Shown piece by piece: positions 1 to 11,649 of a stretch of 64,000 nt of DNA; within the stretch, counting starts at the first letter, position 1, and the number at the start of each line of letters is the position of its first letter. Source of the stretch: Octopus bimaculoides (lineage: Eukaryota). The stretch is taken from contig NC_068989.1 of assembly GCF_001194135.2 (NCBI RefSeq), positions 70,370,780 through 70,434,779 on the forward strand, read 5' to 3'. A program made the position numbers and the translations under genes. The notes beneath the pieces were generated by a model that was not told where the DNA came from, ran no database searches, and saw only the letters and a program-made list of their open reading frames with translations.

Positions 1-110
1 AAATGAACTTCTTAACACATAACCACATCTATGGTTATTTGGATAGAATCACTTCAAGTAAAATACCATATCCTATTTTAGTAACTTATTTTACCAGAAT
101 CTATATTTTC

Positions 111-586
111 TTTTACTCTTTTACTCTTTTACTTGTTTCAGTCTTTTGAATGCGGCCATGCTGGAGCACCGCCTTTAGTCGAAGAAATCGACCCCAGGAC
201 TTATTCTTTGGAAGCCTAGTACTTATTCTATCGGTCTCTTTTGCCGAACCACTAAGTTACGGGGACATAAACACACCAGCATCGGTTGTCAAGCGATGTT
301 GGGGGGACAAACACAGACATACAAACACACACACACACATACACATATATATACACATATACGACGGGCTTCTTTCNNNNNNNNNNCATACAAACACACA
401 TACACATATATATACACATATACGACGGGCTTCTTTCAGTTTCCGTCTACCAAATCCACTCACAAGGCATTGGTCGGCCCGAGGCTATAGTAGAAGGCAC
501 TTGCCCAAGATGCCACGCAGTGGGACTGAACCCGGGACCATGTGGTTGGTAAGCAAGCTACTTACCACACAGCCACTCCTACGCCT
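111..586 (-). mobile_element. tRNA-headed SINE, family B, full length, young; interrupted by a 10-N gap
   Basis: A-box-like (tggctgtgtggtaag) and B-box-like (gggttcagtccc) head, internal (TA/CA)n, and (AAAAGAGT)n tail. Many related copies occur in the window. Confidence 0.85.
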
Positions 587-1299
587 TACATAACAAATCC
601 AATACATTTCTGTGCATGTAGACTCTATTTCATAAGAAGGCTGTTGTTTTTGTTCATTGTTAGATTGAAAATCAAAACTAACTTCTCAATTCAGTGTCGC
701 TTTTACAAAGGAGTCTGCACAACAATGGGGACTACTAAGACAAATTGCTTGTAGTTCTGTATGAAATTAAAAGCTATAAAGTTTCCACTTTATCAAACAA
801 AAATTTGCAAGACAAAAAACTGTCTGGATAGAACAAGGCCATCAGACAACCAGTACTGAAATGAGTCTGTGTATACATAAATATCATTTCATCATGATGG
901 AAAAGAATGAATTATATAATTACTAATAACAGTCAAGATGTAAAGAGTACAGCCTTGTCTTTACTAATGTCACTTTGAATTAATGAGATACGAAAATTAA
1001 GCAATATTTATCTACGTCATGGCAGTTGAGTACCAGACTATATAATGCAGTATTTACTTAGTCTCATTCTTGTATATTCTGAGATCAAATCCTATTAGAG
1101 TTGACAAAATAAGTATCAAAAACATTGAAGTCGATTTAATCAACTATACCCACCCACTTATAAATTAATCAAATGGTATCAATGATAGAAAATAAAATCA
1201 TTATTTATTTACCAAGCTTGTGGTTACAAGTATTATACTGTGCTTGACAAGATAATTTACTCTACTTTGCCAAACATTTCCTGGTTCAGCATCATTGTT

Positions 1300-1580
1300 T
1301 TAACTTTCCCACACTTGCATGTGTCAGACAGAATTTATAGTGACAGGTTTTCTATAGCTAAATGACCTTCCTGTTGCCAATTTTTACTAGTTTCGAACCA
1401 AGGTATTTCTTAACCCATGGCTAGACATGTTTTCATATAAGACTGGAAACAAAGACATTGCTTGTATGATAACACTTGTTTTACAACAATCACACGTCAA
1501 GATTACATGATACACTCGTGTATACATATATACGATAAGCTTTGATCAACCCTGGGCTATCATAGAAGACACTTGCAAGT
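1300..1580 (-). mobile_element. Degenerate SINE family D (family-B head plus different body)
   Basis: Reverse complement resembles the copies at 51069-51451 and 52647-53003 (gtcatacaagc, gacaggaag motifs). Confidence 0.5.
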
Positions 1581-2771
1581 CTACCTACCAACAGGATATA
1601 TCAACAACTATTTTTTGGCAGAACATTACACCAAAAACTGCTTTTATTACATAATAATGACCTCCTTCATTATCCTTTGTACATTTCTCAAAATGTTGCA
1701 GCTTAATAGTTATAAATTAAAAGAAACAAAATTAGGATTCAGACAGAATATTTGAAATGTTATTTTCCTTTTTTTAAACCTCACATTCTTCCCTTTAGAA
1801 ACAAGATATTTCTGCCACCAATTCCAGTGAAAGAACATACAGGTAACTTTGTTATGAATCTGCATCTAACTGCTCCTTGCACAGAACGGATTGGTTCACA
1901 CAGCAGCTTTTTTTCTGCTCTTCATTTCCTTCCATAGTTGAACTATTTCTCTCCTTAAAACTGGCAGACGGGCATCATTTTATTTTATAGTATGAAGCAG
2001 TTATACTAGGGTAATTTTCTAAATAAATTTCAATTGAACAATTACCATACATACTACAACAACTATGATATGATTTGTGTTGACTTACTATGGAGAATGG
2101 CTGAAGAGTTTTATGTTTACATCCCATTACTGGTGATATGCTGGACTCTCAATGAAAAAAAAGTGTTTTTGCTACTTTTCTCACCTGACAGAAAAGTAGG
2201 TTACTACAAAAAAATAATAAATAAATAAAAATAATAAAAGAGGAAGAACTTGACTAAATAAGCACTGAATTAACTGTAAATTGTTAAGTTGTTTTATACA
2301 TTAATTTCATAAACAAATGGTCAATGACAAAAAAGAACAACAGAATGGTTTGCTTTTTTTTTTTTTTTTTTGTAGTACCAAAATTTATAATGGATAAATA
2401 TGCAATTATTTACACCAGCAATTTGTTTTTTGTTTTCTCATTTTCATTGCAGTTACATTTATTGTTGTTTTTTTTTTTAAGTCTGTGTATGCCACCAAAC
2501 ATAACACTGATAGGACATCTAAAAAAGAAAAACTGTACAATACCTCTTAAAATTGAAGGGTCTGAAAATAAATTCAGACAAATACAAATACTACAAAAAA
2601 AAAGTTGCATATTTAACAATGGTAGGTACAAAGATCTTAAAAAAAACAACCAACATTTTTTGCTTCGGTATTATTTTTTTTTTCCCTTCTGTTCTGTCAA
2701 GTCCTTTTTAAAATACTACCACATGTATGTTACAAAGTTCATAAATACCAATCCATATGCTCACTGTTTTT

Positions 2772-2777
2772 TTTATT
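2772..2777 (-). promoter_or_regulatory. Candidate polyadenylation signal (AATAAA) for RBM12
   Basis: First AATAAA I found downstream of the stop on the minus strand (plus TTTATT), followed by U/GU-rich sequence around 2640-2655. An ATTAAA variant lies at 3086-3091. Not verified by transcript data. Confidence 0.3.
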
Positions 2778-2949
2778 TATCACCTCAGCTTCACCAGTTT
2801 CAAGCTGGGTTTGGGATTTTTCGCCTCCACAAAATGCTATTTTGATTGAATGATTATTGATAGATTCATTTTTGGTGATGGTTATTTTCAAGATGAGAGG
2901 AAAGGGGAGTCTTTATGGTGATGTTGAATTGTTGGTTGAAATACGTACG

Positions 2950-2953
2950 TGTA

Positions 2954-3010
<57 letters not shown>

Positions 3011-3045
3011 ATACATATATGTATATATATATATATATATATATA
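2950..3045. repeat. Compound (TG)n(TA)n(CA/TACA)n(TA)n microsatellite, probably in the RBM12 3' UTR
   Basis: Seen directly in the sequence. Confidence 0.95.
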
Positions 3046-4149
3046 ACAAAAACATGCCATAAACTGTCTTTGTGTTTTCTCCAAATTTAATTTCTATCCT
3101 GATATGACTCAATATTATGTTAGCTCAGTCAGTGACTTGAGAATGTTTAAAGCTGGTATAATGTAATTGATCAAGAAAAATGATAAACATGAAGATGATG
3201 ATGATGGTAGTGATGACAAGGATGACTGACAATGGTAATGATACTGGTGACCAGGATGTTAATTATACTATTTTCAACAGTATAGACATCTTATTTACAA
3301 ATGTTGAGGAAAAAAGGTGACCAAACTTTTAACATTATAAAAATAAATAATTTAAAAAAGCAGCTATATGAATAAAACCAGTGCCCTAGTAGCCATGTTA
3401 TACACATTGTGTCTGAGTGATATCTAATGTAATTAATGTAAGGTAAGAATTGATAATAAATCTGTATTCAGATTTTGGTAGCATCATCAACTACGGACAA
3501 GTCAGACTAAGCAGACTGTTACCAGAACAGGAATTATCATTTTTACAAAAAAAAAAAAAAAANNNNNNNNNNNNNNNNNNNNNNNNNNNNNNNNNNNNNN
3601 NNNTTTTTAAAAAAAAAAAAAAAAAAAGGTAAATAACAGCTGCTCTCATACAGTCCAAAATTTCTCTTGATTCCCTTCAATCAATAATTTTTCTTGTCTA
3701 AAATTTTTGTGATTGTATGAAGGATTCTAGGAATTTTGAGAGAATTGGAAATCATCTCAGATGATAACAATGGGTAGAAAAAAAAAAAAAAAGGCCAAAT
3801 TGCAACTGCTTAACTGTTTCATACATAATGCAAAGGTGGATCACATCATTTCTTATGAACCACCAAAGGGCAACATATGAGAAATTTTAAAGTAGTTTTA
3901 CTTTAGTTTCAGAAAAAAAAAAAAAAACTAAAACAGGTAATGGTTTAGATTTTGGATAAACCTAACTAGAAAGGAAAATGGTATAAAAAACAGAAGTGTT
4001 TCCTTATGCACTGAATGTTCTGTTCTGAGAAATTCATAGCTAACAATATTGAGTCATAAACTGGATAGATATAAAGCATGAAAAATGAGTACTCAGTCCT
4101 TGATTGAGTCAAGAAAAACAGTCTACACAATTTATCTTTTTTTCTTTTT

Positions 4150-7100
4150 TCATGCCTTACGCAATGTGACAACATTTTTTCGACACAGCTTATGATTTAA
4201 GTCTTCCATAGCTTTTAAAGCCTCATCTCTCGTAACAAATCCTATCATAGCATTACCAGTAGGTCTGCCATCATCGGCATAGTGGAGACGAATTGACTCA
4301 GGCACCGGGTAATAACCCCTGAAGAAGTTCAGAATTTCTCCAATAGACACTGAAGGAGGAAAATTTTCCCCCTTAACATACTCATACTGTTTACCACCAT
4401 GAACCATAAAAGGAGGATTAGAAGATTCTGTGTTGTTTTGCATATTAGCCTGCCTGGCTTGTTTCAAACAGTCCATCATTTCAGCTTTAGTTACTGCAGT
4501 AACATTAACATAACGCTTTCCTACATACTTCTTGTCACGAGCAACAGCTTTTTCACAATCTGTACTTGTTACAAATTCCACAAAAGCCTGCCCAGTTGTA
4601 CGGCCATCTTTTCCATAAACAATTTGGATACCCCGAGGTGCAATATTTAAACCCTGACAAAATTCTTTAATTTCGTTAGTAGTTACTGCAAAAGGAAGTC
4701 CCTTTAGACTGACACAATAATAAGGGACTGGGTGTGATGTGAGAGTTTCGTTTTTTTTCCCATTACTGCTGGATAATGACTTTTTATCTTGAGCTTTAGC
4801 TTCAGATATTTTAGAAGCTAGGTTTTCCATTTTATCACTACTGCCAGTTTTGGAATCTGTTTTCCCAACAGCTTTTGAAACATCTTTCTGATTTTTGTTA
4901 GGGGAAGATTTTTCTGATGACCCTTTTTTCTCTTTGTCTTGTAAAAGTGACATATCTTTCTTGTTTCCTTCAACAATACGAATAAGTCGTCCCCCCATGT
5001 GACGTCCATCGTATGTGAGGGAGCTGTCATAGTCTTTCTGAGACATTACTTCAACAAATGCAATACCAGTGTTCTTACCACGGGAATCATGTTCGATTAC
5101 AATACATGTGCTTGGGTTGGAAATATGAACATCTTTTAAGAATTTTACTATATCATCATTTGTTGCATTAAGAGGAATACCTTTGATTTGAATAACTGGG
5201 AAAGGAGTTGATGATGAAGACGATGTGTTATCAGCAGTGTTTGCACTTGTTTCTTTGTTAGATTTAACCAGAGGAGGAATATCATTGCTTGTATTTGGTT
5301 TCGCACTAGACATGTCCCTTGAAGGGTTTTCATTTAGATTATCGCTTTTCATCATTTTATTTGGGGTTGGCCCATGAGTTGCTTTCGGTACAAAGGAATC
5401 AATGGCATTTTCAAAATCCTCCATTGAGCACCGGTATATTTCTATATATCGGTTTGCCATGAAATTTCCATGACGTGAGAATGCTTCTGCTGTGTCTTGC
5501 TCAGAAGCAAATTTGATAAATGCATTGCCAGCTCTCCGCCCCTTTTCATTATTGATAAGTTTTAAACCATCTCGAGGGATGGTACATCCAGAGAAGAATC
5601 TTCGCACATCACGGTAGCCAACACTATAAGGTAGGCCAACTACTTCAACAAACAAATCAGGTTCACAGTGTCCACGTTTTATACCACGCATAGAATTATC
5701 ATCCATATTACCAGGCCGTCTATTTCCAGAATCACCAGAACCAAAGTTCATTTCATTAGGGGGTCCATATTTTCTATCGTCCATAAGTGATCCTGGCATT
5801 CGACCAGGGGGACCTCCTCTCTCATTTCTGTTTGGGCTGCCATACCTTCCATAGGGTTCATTTCTTGGGAAAGGTGGTGGGCCATCATTTCTGTGGTATG
5901 GAGGTTGGTTTGGAGGCATATCATTCCAAGAACCAGGTTGAGAGTAGTGCGGGCCCATATTCATTTCCTCCTCATGCCATTCATTACGGAAATCATCAAG
6001 TCTTTCTCCGGGAATCCGATCATCTCTCATGGCATAGCCATCATCACCCCAGTTGACTTGACTGTCGTGCGGTGGGCCAGGTTGGCCAGGTAGAAACCCA
6101 GGAGGAGCATCACCTAAAAGACCTCTAGGTAATCCACTCATGTCAGGATCTTCATACATTTTATCTTTTCCTTGAAACATATTAGGATCATCACCCATAT
6201 TTGGTTCACCAAAGGGAGGACAATCAGGATGACCTAAAGGTCTGTCAGGAAATCTTTGCCCATCAAAACCAGGCATGGAACCTGGAAATCCTGGATCTCT
6301 AGGTGGAGTTTGGCCATAATTATAATCTCCTCTTCTACCATCAGCTCCATAGTCATTTTTGGATCTATTATTTCTGTTCATATTTCCACCCATATCCATA
6401 CGCCCTTTTCTGTTGTTATTCATTTCTCCTGGACCAGTATTTTTGTATGTGTCTACAGGTAGACCAGACTGTCTGTTGGAGCCTCCTGAATCAGTTTTAG
6501 TTTGATTATCCCGTCCACCTCGATCGAAATCTCGAGTACCAACTCCTCTATTTAGAGGAGCTTTGTCACTGCCCCGACTACCATCGTGCCTTGAGTCATT
6601 TCTTGAAGTTTCATAGCGACCTCCAGAATCATGCTGGTTATCATAACGCCCACCATCGTACCTACTGTCATGTCTACCACCATCATAATGACTATCATAT
6701 CTTGAATCTCTCCGATTTTCTCTTCTGTCATAGCGATTGCTATCATCTCTTCCCCGATCATGCCTGTCATATCGACCACCATCGTCACGGCTACGGTCAT
6801 GTCGACTACTATCATGGCGACCAGAATCATATCTGTTGAATTCATGTCTACCTGACTCTGACCTGGAATCATGGCGAGAGTCAGACTTTGAATCATGGCG
6901 ACCAGAATCAGATCGATTTGAGTCATTTCTACTTGATTCATGACGGCTAGACTCTGCAGTTTTACTCCCTTCATTCCTGCTAGAATCTGATCTGTTTTGG
7001 TCAACTTTAGAGATGTCAGATCTCCCAGAGCTACTTGGCCGATTAGCTTCAGATCTATTCGCAGCCATTCTTCCAGTTTCAAGTCTTAGAGATTCTGTTC

Positions 7101-8544
7101 TTTCTTGATCTGTCCTGACATGTTCAGTTCTGTTGACATCAGGATGTGGGTTGTCAAATCTGGATTCATGTCTTCCACCATAACTTCTTCCTGAATCTGG
7201 TCTACCAGAATCATGGCGCCCAACATCAAGTTTTGGAGGATCTCGACGCCCTGCATCACCTCTGTTTGGTTCTAGTCTTCCCATGCTGGCTTCAGGGTGC
7301 ACAAGGTCAGAACGTCCTTGATCATGTCTCACCATATCAGGCCTTGAAGGTTCATTTCTCATGTAGTTCATTGGGTGAGCTGGATCTGGGTTAGTGTTAG
7401 TTGAGTCATTTGTACGAGGCTGATTAGGTTGATTTAACATATCTCCTCTTGCCACTGGTGGGACTATATCAAGCCGTGGAGGACCATGCGGTTGAAACTC
7501 AGGTCTGTTTTGGTCTGGTCTGTTAATATTTGCAGGAGGCATATGATGAACTGGAATATTAGGCCTCATATTATTCTGATTGGTCTCAAATTCATTTTTA
7601 CGTTCTGTATGATAAGGGGGCAGCACTTCTGGCCCAGGAGGTTTACCCAGTGGCATTATCTCAGGGGGCTGCAATGGAGGATTTGGGATTTGGATATTTC
7701 TGTTGGGTTGTGGAACTGGGTAATTGGGTAAATTTAAATGTGCATCTCTCACATTCATAAATCCTCCAGGAGGTGCATTTACATTTGCAGTTCCAAAGTG
7801 CCTTTGATCATTTGCACCATGTTCCAATCTAGGATCTTGGTTTGGTGGAAAATTGGGCCGACGATTAACAGCAAAATCATTTGGGGCTTCTGGAGGGCGG
7901 AAATCCATTGGCGGCCTGTTCATGTTATTATCTGGGTCTTGTGATACAAAATATGGATCTCGATTATTTGGATTCATCAGATTTGGTCCAAATTTAGGAT
8001 CAGGAGGCAGTCCAGGCATTGGTGGTAATCCAGGGACAGTGTTTGTTGTTGGTGGTGGTATATTACTTCGAATATCTGTAGGGACTGAAGGAAAATTCCT
8101 ATTGGGATAATCCATGTTTCTTGGTGGAGGAACACTTCTATCTGGAATAAAATTTGTATGATTCTGTGGTCCTAATGAACGTATATGATCATTTAAGGGT
8201 CCAGGAGGAGGACCAGTTGGTGGTCCTGTTGATGGGGGTGCAGCAGGAGCAGGTTTGCTGAAAGCTTGGGTAGGCACAGCTTCTCTGGCTAAAGCAATCA
8301 CACTCTGCATTTCGGTTTTGCTACTGAGCAATAGTTGTACAGTGTTTCCATTGATTTGACCGTTTGTACGTAACATAGCTTGCCGCGCATCTTCATCAGA
8401 CCCAAATGCAATAAAAGCGTCACCTCTTTCTCCACCGACAATATGTACACCTCCGTCAGGGATACTTAATCCTTGGAAATACTGCCGAATATCCATGGCA
8501 CTAGCAGACCATGGAAGGCCTTGCAATCGAATGATTACAGACAT
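4150..8544 (-). CDS. RBM12: RNA-binding protein 12-like (RBM12/RBM12B family), 1464 aa, single coding exon, five quasi-RRM domains
   Basis: Uninterrupted ORF. The N-terminus MSVIIRLQGLPWSASAMDIRQYFQGLSIPDGGVHIVGGERGDAFIAF matches the characteristic RBM12 RRM1 (vertebrate MAVVIRLQGLP...IPDGGVHIVGGELGEAF, from memory). Four more hnRNP F/H-type RRMs lie at about 5658-5420 (LFVEVVGLPY...RYIEIY), 5200-4970 (IQIKGIP...GIAFVE), 4722-4490 (VSLKGLPF...GQAFVEF...RYVNV) and 4390-4160 (GENFPPSV...GRPTGNAMIGF). TGA stop at 4150-4152. Confidence 0.92.
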   Translation of the reverse strand: MSVIIRLQGLPWSASAMDIRQYFQGLSIPDGGVHIVGGERGDAFIAFGSDEDARQAMLRTNGQINGNTVQLLLSSKTEMQSVIALAREAVPTQAFSKPAPAAPPSTGPPTGPPPGPLNDHIRSLGPQNHTNFIPDRSVPPPRNMDYPNRNFPSVPTDIRSNIPPPTTNTVPGLPPMPGLPPDPKFGPNLMNPNNRDPYFVSQDPDNNMNRPPMDFRPPEAPNDFAVNRRPNFPPNQDPRLEHGANDQRHFGTANVNAPPGGFMNVRDAHLNLPNYPVPQPNRNIQIPNPPLQPPEIMPLGKPPGPEVLPPYHTERKNEFETNQNNMRPNIPVHHMPPANINRPDQNRPEFQPHGPPRLDIVPPVARGDMLNQPNQPRTNDSTNTNPDPAHPMNYMRNEPSRPDMVRHDQGRSDLVHPEASMGRLEPNRGDAGRRDPPKLDVGRHDSGRPDSGRSYGGRHESRFDNPHPDVNRTEHVRTDQERTESLRLETGRMAANRSEANRPSSSGRSDISKVDQNRSDSSRNEGSKTAESSRHESSRNDSNRSDSGRHDSKSDSRHDSRSESGRHEFNRYDSGRHDSSRHDRSRDDGGRYDRHDRGRDDSNRYDRRENRRDSRYDSHYDGGRHDSRYDGGRYDNQHDSGGRYETSRNDSRHDGSRGSDKAPLNRGVGTRDFDRGGRDNQTKTDSGGSNRQSGLPVDTYKNTGPGEMNNNRKGRMDMGGNMNRNNRSKNDYGADGRRGDYNYGQTPPRDPGFPGSMPGFDGQRFPDRPLGHPDCPPFGEPNMGDDPNMFQGKDKMYEDPDMSGLPRGLLGDAPPGFLPGQPGPPHDSQVNWGDDGYAMRDDRIPGERLDDFRNEWHEEEMNMGPHYSQPGSWNDMPPNQPPYHRNDGPPPFPRNEPYGRYGSPNRNERGGPPGRMPGSLMDDRKYGPPNEMNFGSGDSGNRRPGNMDDNSMRGIKRGHCEPDLFVEVVGLPYSVGYRDVRRFFSGCTIPRDGLKLINNEKGRRAGNAFIKFASEQDTAEAFSRHGNFMANRYIEIYRCSMEDFENAIDSFVPKATHGPTPNKMMKSDNLNENPSRDMSSAKPNTSNDIPPLVKSNKETSANTADNTSSSSSTPFPVIQIKGIPLNATNDDIVKFLKDVHISNPSTCIVIEHDSRGKNTGIAFVEVMSQKDYDSSLTYDGRHMGGRLIRIVEGNKKDMSLLQDKEKKGSSEKSSPNKNQKDVSKAVGKTDSKTGSSDKMENLASKISEAKAQDKKSLSSSNGKKNETLTSHPVPYYCVSLKGLPFAVTTNEIKEFCQGLNIAPRGIQIVYGKDGRTTGQAFVEFVTSTDCEKAVARDKKYVGKRYVNVTAVTKAEMMDCLKQARQANMQNNTESSNPPFMVHGGKQYEYVKGENFPPSVSIGEILNFFRGYYPVPESIRLHYADDGRPTGNAMIGFVTRDEALKAMEDLNHKLCRKNVVTLRKA

Positions 8545-8547
8545 TTT

Positions 8548-8575
8548 CTGAAAAAGAAAAAAAAGAAAAAAACTG
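8548..8575 (-). promoter_or_regulatory. 3' splice site (polypyrimidine tract + AG) of the RBM12 coding exon
   Basis: Minus strand reads ...tttttcttttttttctttttcAG|AAA ATG. AG is at 8549-8548 and the exon starts at 8547, three nt before the ATG. Confidence 0.85.
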
Positions 8576-8654
8576 TTATTTATTTGTAATAAATTAATTT
8601 CACAAAGAACATTGTTTTATTTTCTAAACATAAATCAATCAATTCATCAGACAT

Positions 8655-8800
8655 ACATGGCTGAATGTTGAGAAGCTTCCTTCCCAACCATGTGCTCTTG
8701 GGTTCAGTCCCACTGCATGGCACTGTTGGTAAGTGTCTTACACAGTAGCTTTGGATGAACCAAAGCCTTGCAAGTAGATGGAAACTGAAAGAAGCTTGTC
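8655..8800 (+). mobile_element. SINE family B, 5' part, diverged
   Basis: catggctg...gggttcagtcccactgcatggcac...gtagatggaaactgaaagaagc matches the family B head. Confidence 0.75.
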
Positions 8801-8829
8801 AGTTACTGAAGCATTGATGACAATTTGAA

Positions 8830-8935
8830 ACCAACAAGATCTGGGAAAGGGAAGGACAGCCCAGAGTTGAAGACAATGGAGAAAAGTCATCAATGGCCTG
8901 TTCCCACCAAGAGTGAATGGTTTAAGCTAAGCTAT
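8830..8935 (+). mobile_element. Short RTE-like LINE 3'-end remnant
   Basis: gacagcccagagttgaagacaatgg...tggcctgttcccaccaagagtgaatgg resembles the end of an RTE ORF (AQDR..WR....GLC-like) and the fragment at 23860-24040. Confidence 0.3.
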
Positions 8936-9882
8936 AGAGGAGTGTATTCACAATTGATTTTAGAATCCTCAGAGAATGTTATTTATCTGCTTATGGAACC
9001 AGGATGCAGAAGAACCAAAAGGACAAAAAGGGAGTATATCTTATAGGATATCATGACAAAACTATAGCTGTTTTCCTTGCTTAACAACACACTGACATAA
9101 TTCATTTTCTGCCTTTATCTACTTAAGGAGACAGTCTTGGCACTATTATGTCCAGTAAGAGGAGAAAAAATTCACGAAAAAGTAAATGCATTTATCACTG
9201 TCTTAACACTAGAATAATCAGTTTATGCAAAATGACAAATATTATTACATTATTGTAATTATATCTGCAATACAAACCTGTCTTTCACTGTTGAGGGGAA
9301 AAACAAACAAACATACAGAATTAGAGAAAGCATATAACATAAATAATAACTCATTCCAGAAATATGTAGGTGATAGCATGTTTAATGGTTAAAATAATAA
9401 AAATCTATCGTATTCAGATTATCACTATCATGAGTACAAAAAAAAAAGAAAGAAAGAAAAAGAAAAAAGATTAGTTGATGGATATTATTATTTCACCAAG
9501 GATTGCAAACTCTGGACATGTTTTACCTTGTTAAAAACTCATCAGCCTTTTCATAGATTATTCAAGTGTTAGTGAGTAAATTGCTAAGTAAATACACTTA
9601 ATTGAAGTTGAAATTCATGTCATGAAAGAACTCAGAGATATTGTGAATATGTCAGATGCTTAATGCACACAGACACACAAAAACCCCACATGAACCTGAT
9701 AAGTATTAAAAACTGAAATACTAAACTTAGCACATTCCATTTAAATATATTCTTTAAAAAAAAAAAACACTGTTCTAATTATACTGTCCAACAAAGAATT
9801 TTACGTGTACCAACAAATATTTTTAATGCAATTTTTCAGTAGTATAGTTTCTGAGACGAGATAAATTATCCTTTTTTTAATA

Positions 9883-10262
9883 TACTCTTATTTGTTTCAG
9901 TCATTTGACTGTGGCCATGCTGGAGCACTGCCCTTAGTCGAACAAATCGACACCAGAACTTATTCTTTGTAAGCCTAGTACTTATTCTATCAGTCTTTTG
10001 CCAAACCACTAAGTTATGGGGACGTAGACACACCAACATCGGTTGTCAAGTGATGGTGGGGGGGGGCAAACACAGACACAAACATATATATGTATATATA
10101 CAATGGGCTTCTTTCAGTTTCTGTCTACCAAATCCAATCACAAGGCTTTGGTCGGTCCAAGGCTATAGCAGAAAACACTTGCCCAAGGTGTCACACAGTA
10201 GGACTGAACTCAGAAACGTGGTTGGTAAGCAAGCTACTTACCACACAGCCACTCCTGCACCT
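9883..10262 (-). mobile_element. SINE family B, near full length
   Basis: Colinear with 111-586, including tail and head. Confidence 0.85.
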
Positions 10263-10343
10263 ATGTATATAATTATATTTTAAATATTTTTGTTTTTCAG
10301 AACATTTGCTATTTAATCAGCATGACCATGAATGTAAAATCCA

Positions 10344-10713
10344 TACTCTTTTACTTGTTTCAGTCATTTGACTGTGGCCATGCTGGAGCACTGCCTTTAG
10401 TCGAGCAAATTGACTTATTCTTTGTAAGCCTAGTACTTATTCTATCAGTCTCTCTTTTTTTTTGTTGCCGAACCGCCAAGTTATGGGGATGTAAACATAC
10501 CAGCATCGGTTGTCAAGCGATGGTGGGAGGACAAACACAGACACACACACACATATATATACGACAGGCTTCTTTCAGTTTCCGTCTACCAAATCCACTC
10601 ACAAGGCTTTGGTCGGCCTGAGGCTATAGTAGAAGACACTTGCCCAAGGTGCCACGCAGTGGGACTGAACCGAGAACCATGTGGTTGGTAAGCAAGCTAC
10701 TTACCACACAGCC
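10344..10713 (-). mobile_element. SINE family B, near full length, in tandem with the previous copy
   Basis: Colinear with 111-586. Confidence 0.85.
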
Positions 10714-11249
10714 TTGTGATGTTTTTACAGCAAAGACCCAATGATCAGCTATCACGATGGGTCATATGGAAATAGACCAGATATATTATACTTTGGTTGT
10801 TATATAGTTACCATATATTTTTTTATATAACACACACACACATAAGCAACATGCCAGTTTAATCATTAAACTGCACATGGTTTTTAATATGGGAAAATTA
10901 CATAAAACTACGTGAAGCTGAAATCAGTGAAACCAGATCCAGATCAGTTAAATATGACATTTTCCTATACTACAAAAAAAAAAAAAAGCCACAAAACCGA
11001 AAAATGTATATACTAAAACCTCAAATGGTGAACTAGCTTCCATAGTTAATGAACGTGTAATTGTTGGGGATGCTGTAATGTCTATAGTTGGTGTCAAAGT
11101 TATTTACTTCAAAGTATTTGAATACTTAAAAGACTTAAAGAGAAGGTAAAATTTCATATTTCAAGGTAAATTCCTTGACCAAAAAGTGCAAGTTAGTTGC
11201 TACCCTCTGCTAGAGAAATATCAATTTCGCAACAAGCTTTACAGCTGAT

Positions 11250-11470
11250 GGTCCATTCTGCTACTGCAATGACAAAGAACTCTTTCACACAACTTGTCTC
11301 AAATTCCTGTAGTATCTGACTGGTACTGCATCACTGATTTACTGCAAAGAGGTCTGAAAGCAGGTCTTCTGTGTAATAGCAAAGTAAAGCAACAGATCCC
11401 TGTTGTCCAATATATACATCTAAAAAGAGACATGACCTACTACTTGGTACCATATACAATGGATTGAATA
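11250..11470 (-). pseudogene. Possible decayed GIY-YIG endonuclease (Penelope-like element) remnant
   Basis: Minus strand gives IVY... then, after stops and a frameshift, VYIGQ. This is the spacing of the Penelope GVVY..C..C...YIGQT motif. No intact ORF. Confidence 0.25.
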
Positions 11471-11649
11471 ATGGAATCATCATCATTTAATGAGTTTTCC
11501 ATACTGGCATGGGTTGGAATCTTTGGCAATGTCAAAGATATATACTGGTATGCATGCAAGATTTACCACTATCACTGTTTATAACTATGGCTCTCTATAT
11601 TCAATGAGATTGGCCACTAAGGAATGAAAACAATCTAATTTGTTCTTTT

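Noticed and set aside
540-586. tRNA-like A/B boxes here and at 18006, 25163, 39298
   Set aside because: SINE heads; no full cloverleaf, and each is followed by SINE body.
150-593. ORFs over SINE and RTE-tail copies (also 10050-10621, 14736-15099, 45636-46716)
   Set aside because: Recurrent translations of repeat consensus sequence, not genes.
2324-2845. 173-aa plus-strand ORF antisense to the probable RBM12 3' UTR
   Set aside because: Built from A- and T-runs (poly-F, poly-K); no protein-like composition or splice context.
1-3400. Search for copine (C2 domain, SKSDP motif) exons downstream of RBM12
   Set aside because: None recognised. A 19-nt microexon-like piece near 2175-2193 is too short to interpret.
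6552-7082. 176-codon Met-rich alternative-frame ORF inside RBM12
   Set aside because: Explained by the main frame: CAT-GAT/TAT-GAT repeats create ATGs, and the lack of Leu/Val/Ile/Met codons removes shifted-frame stops. Its listed start is a TTG.
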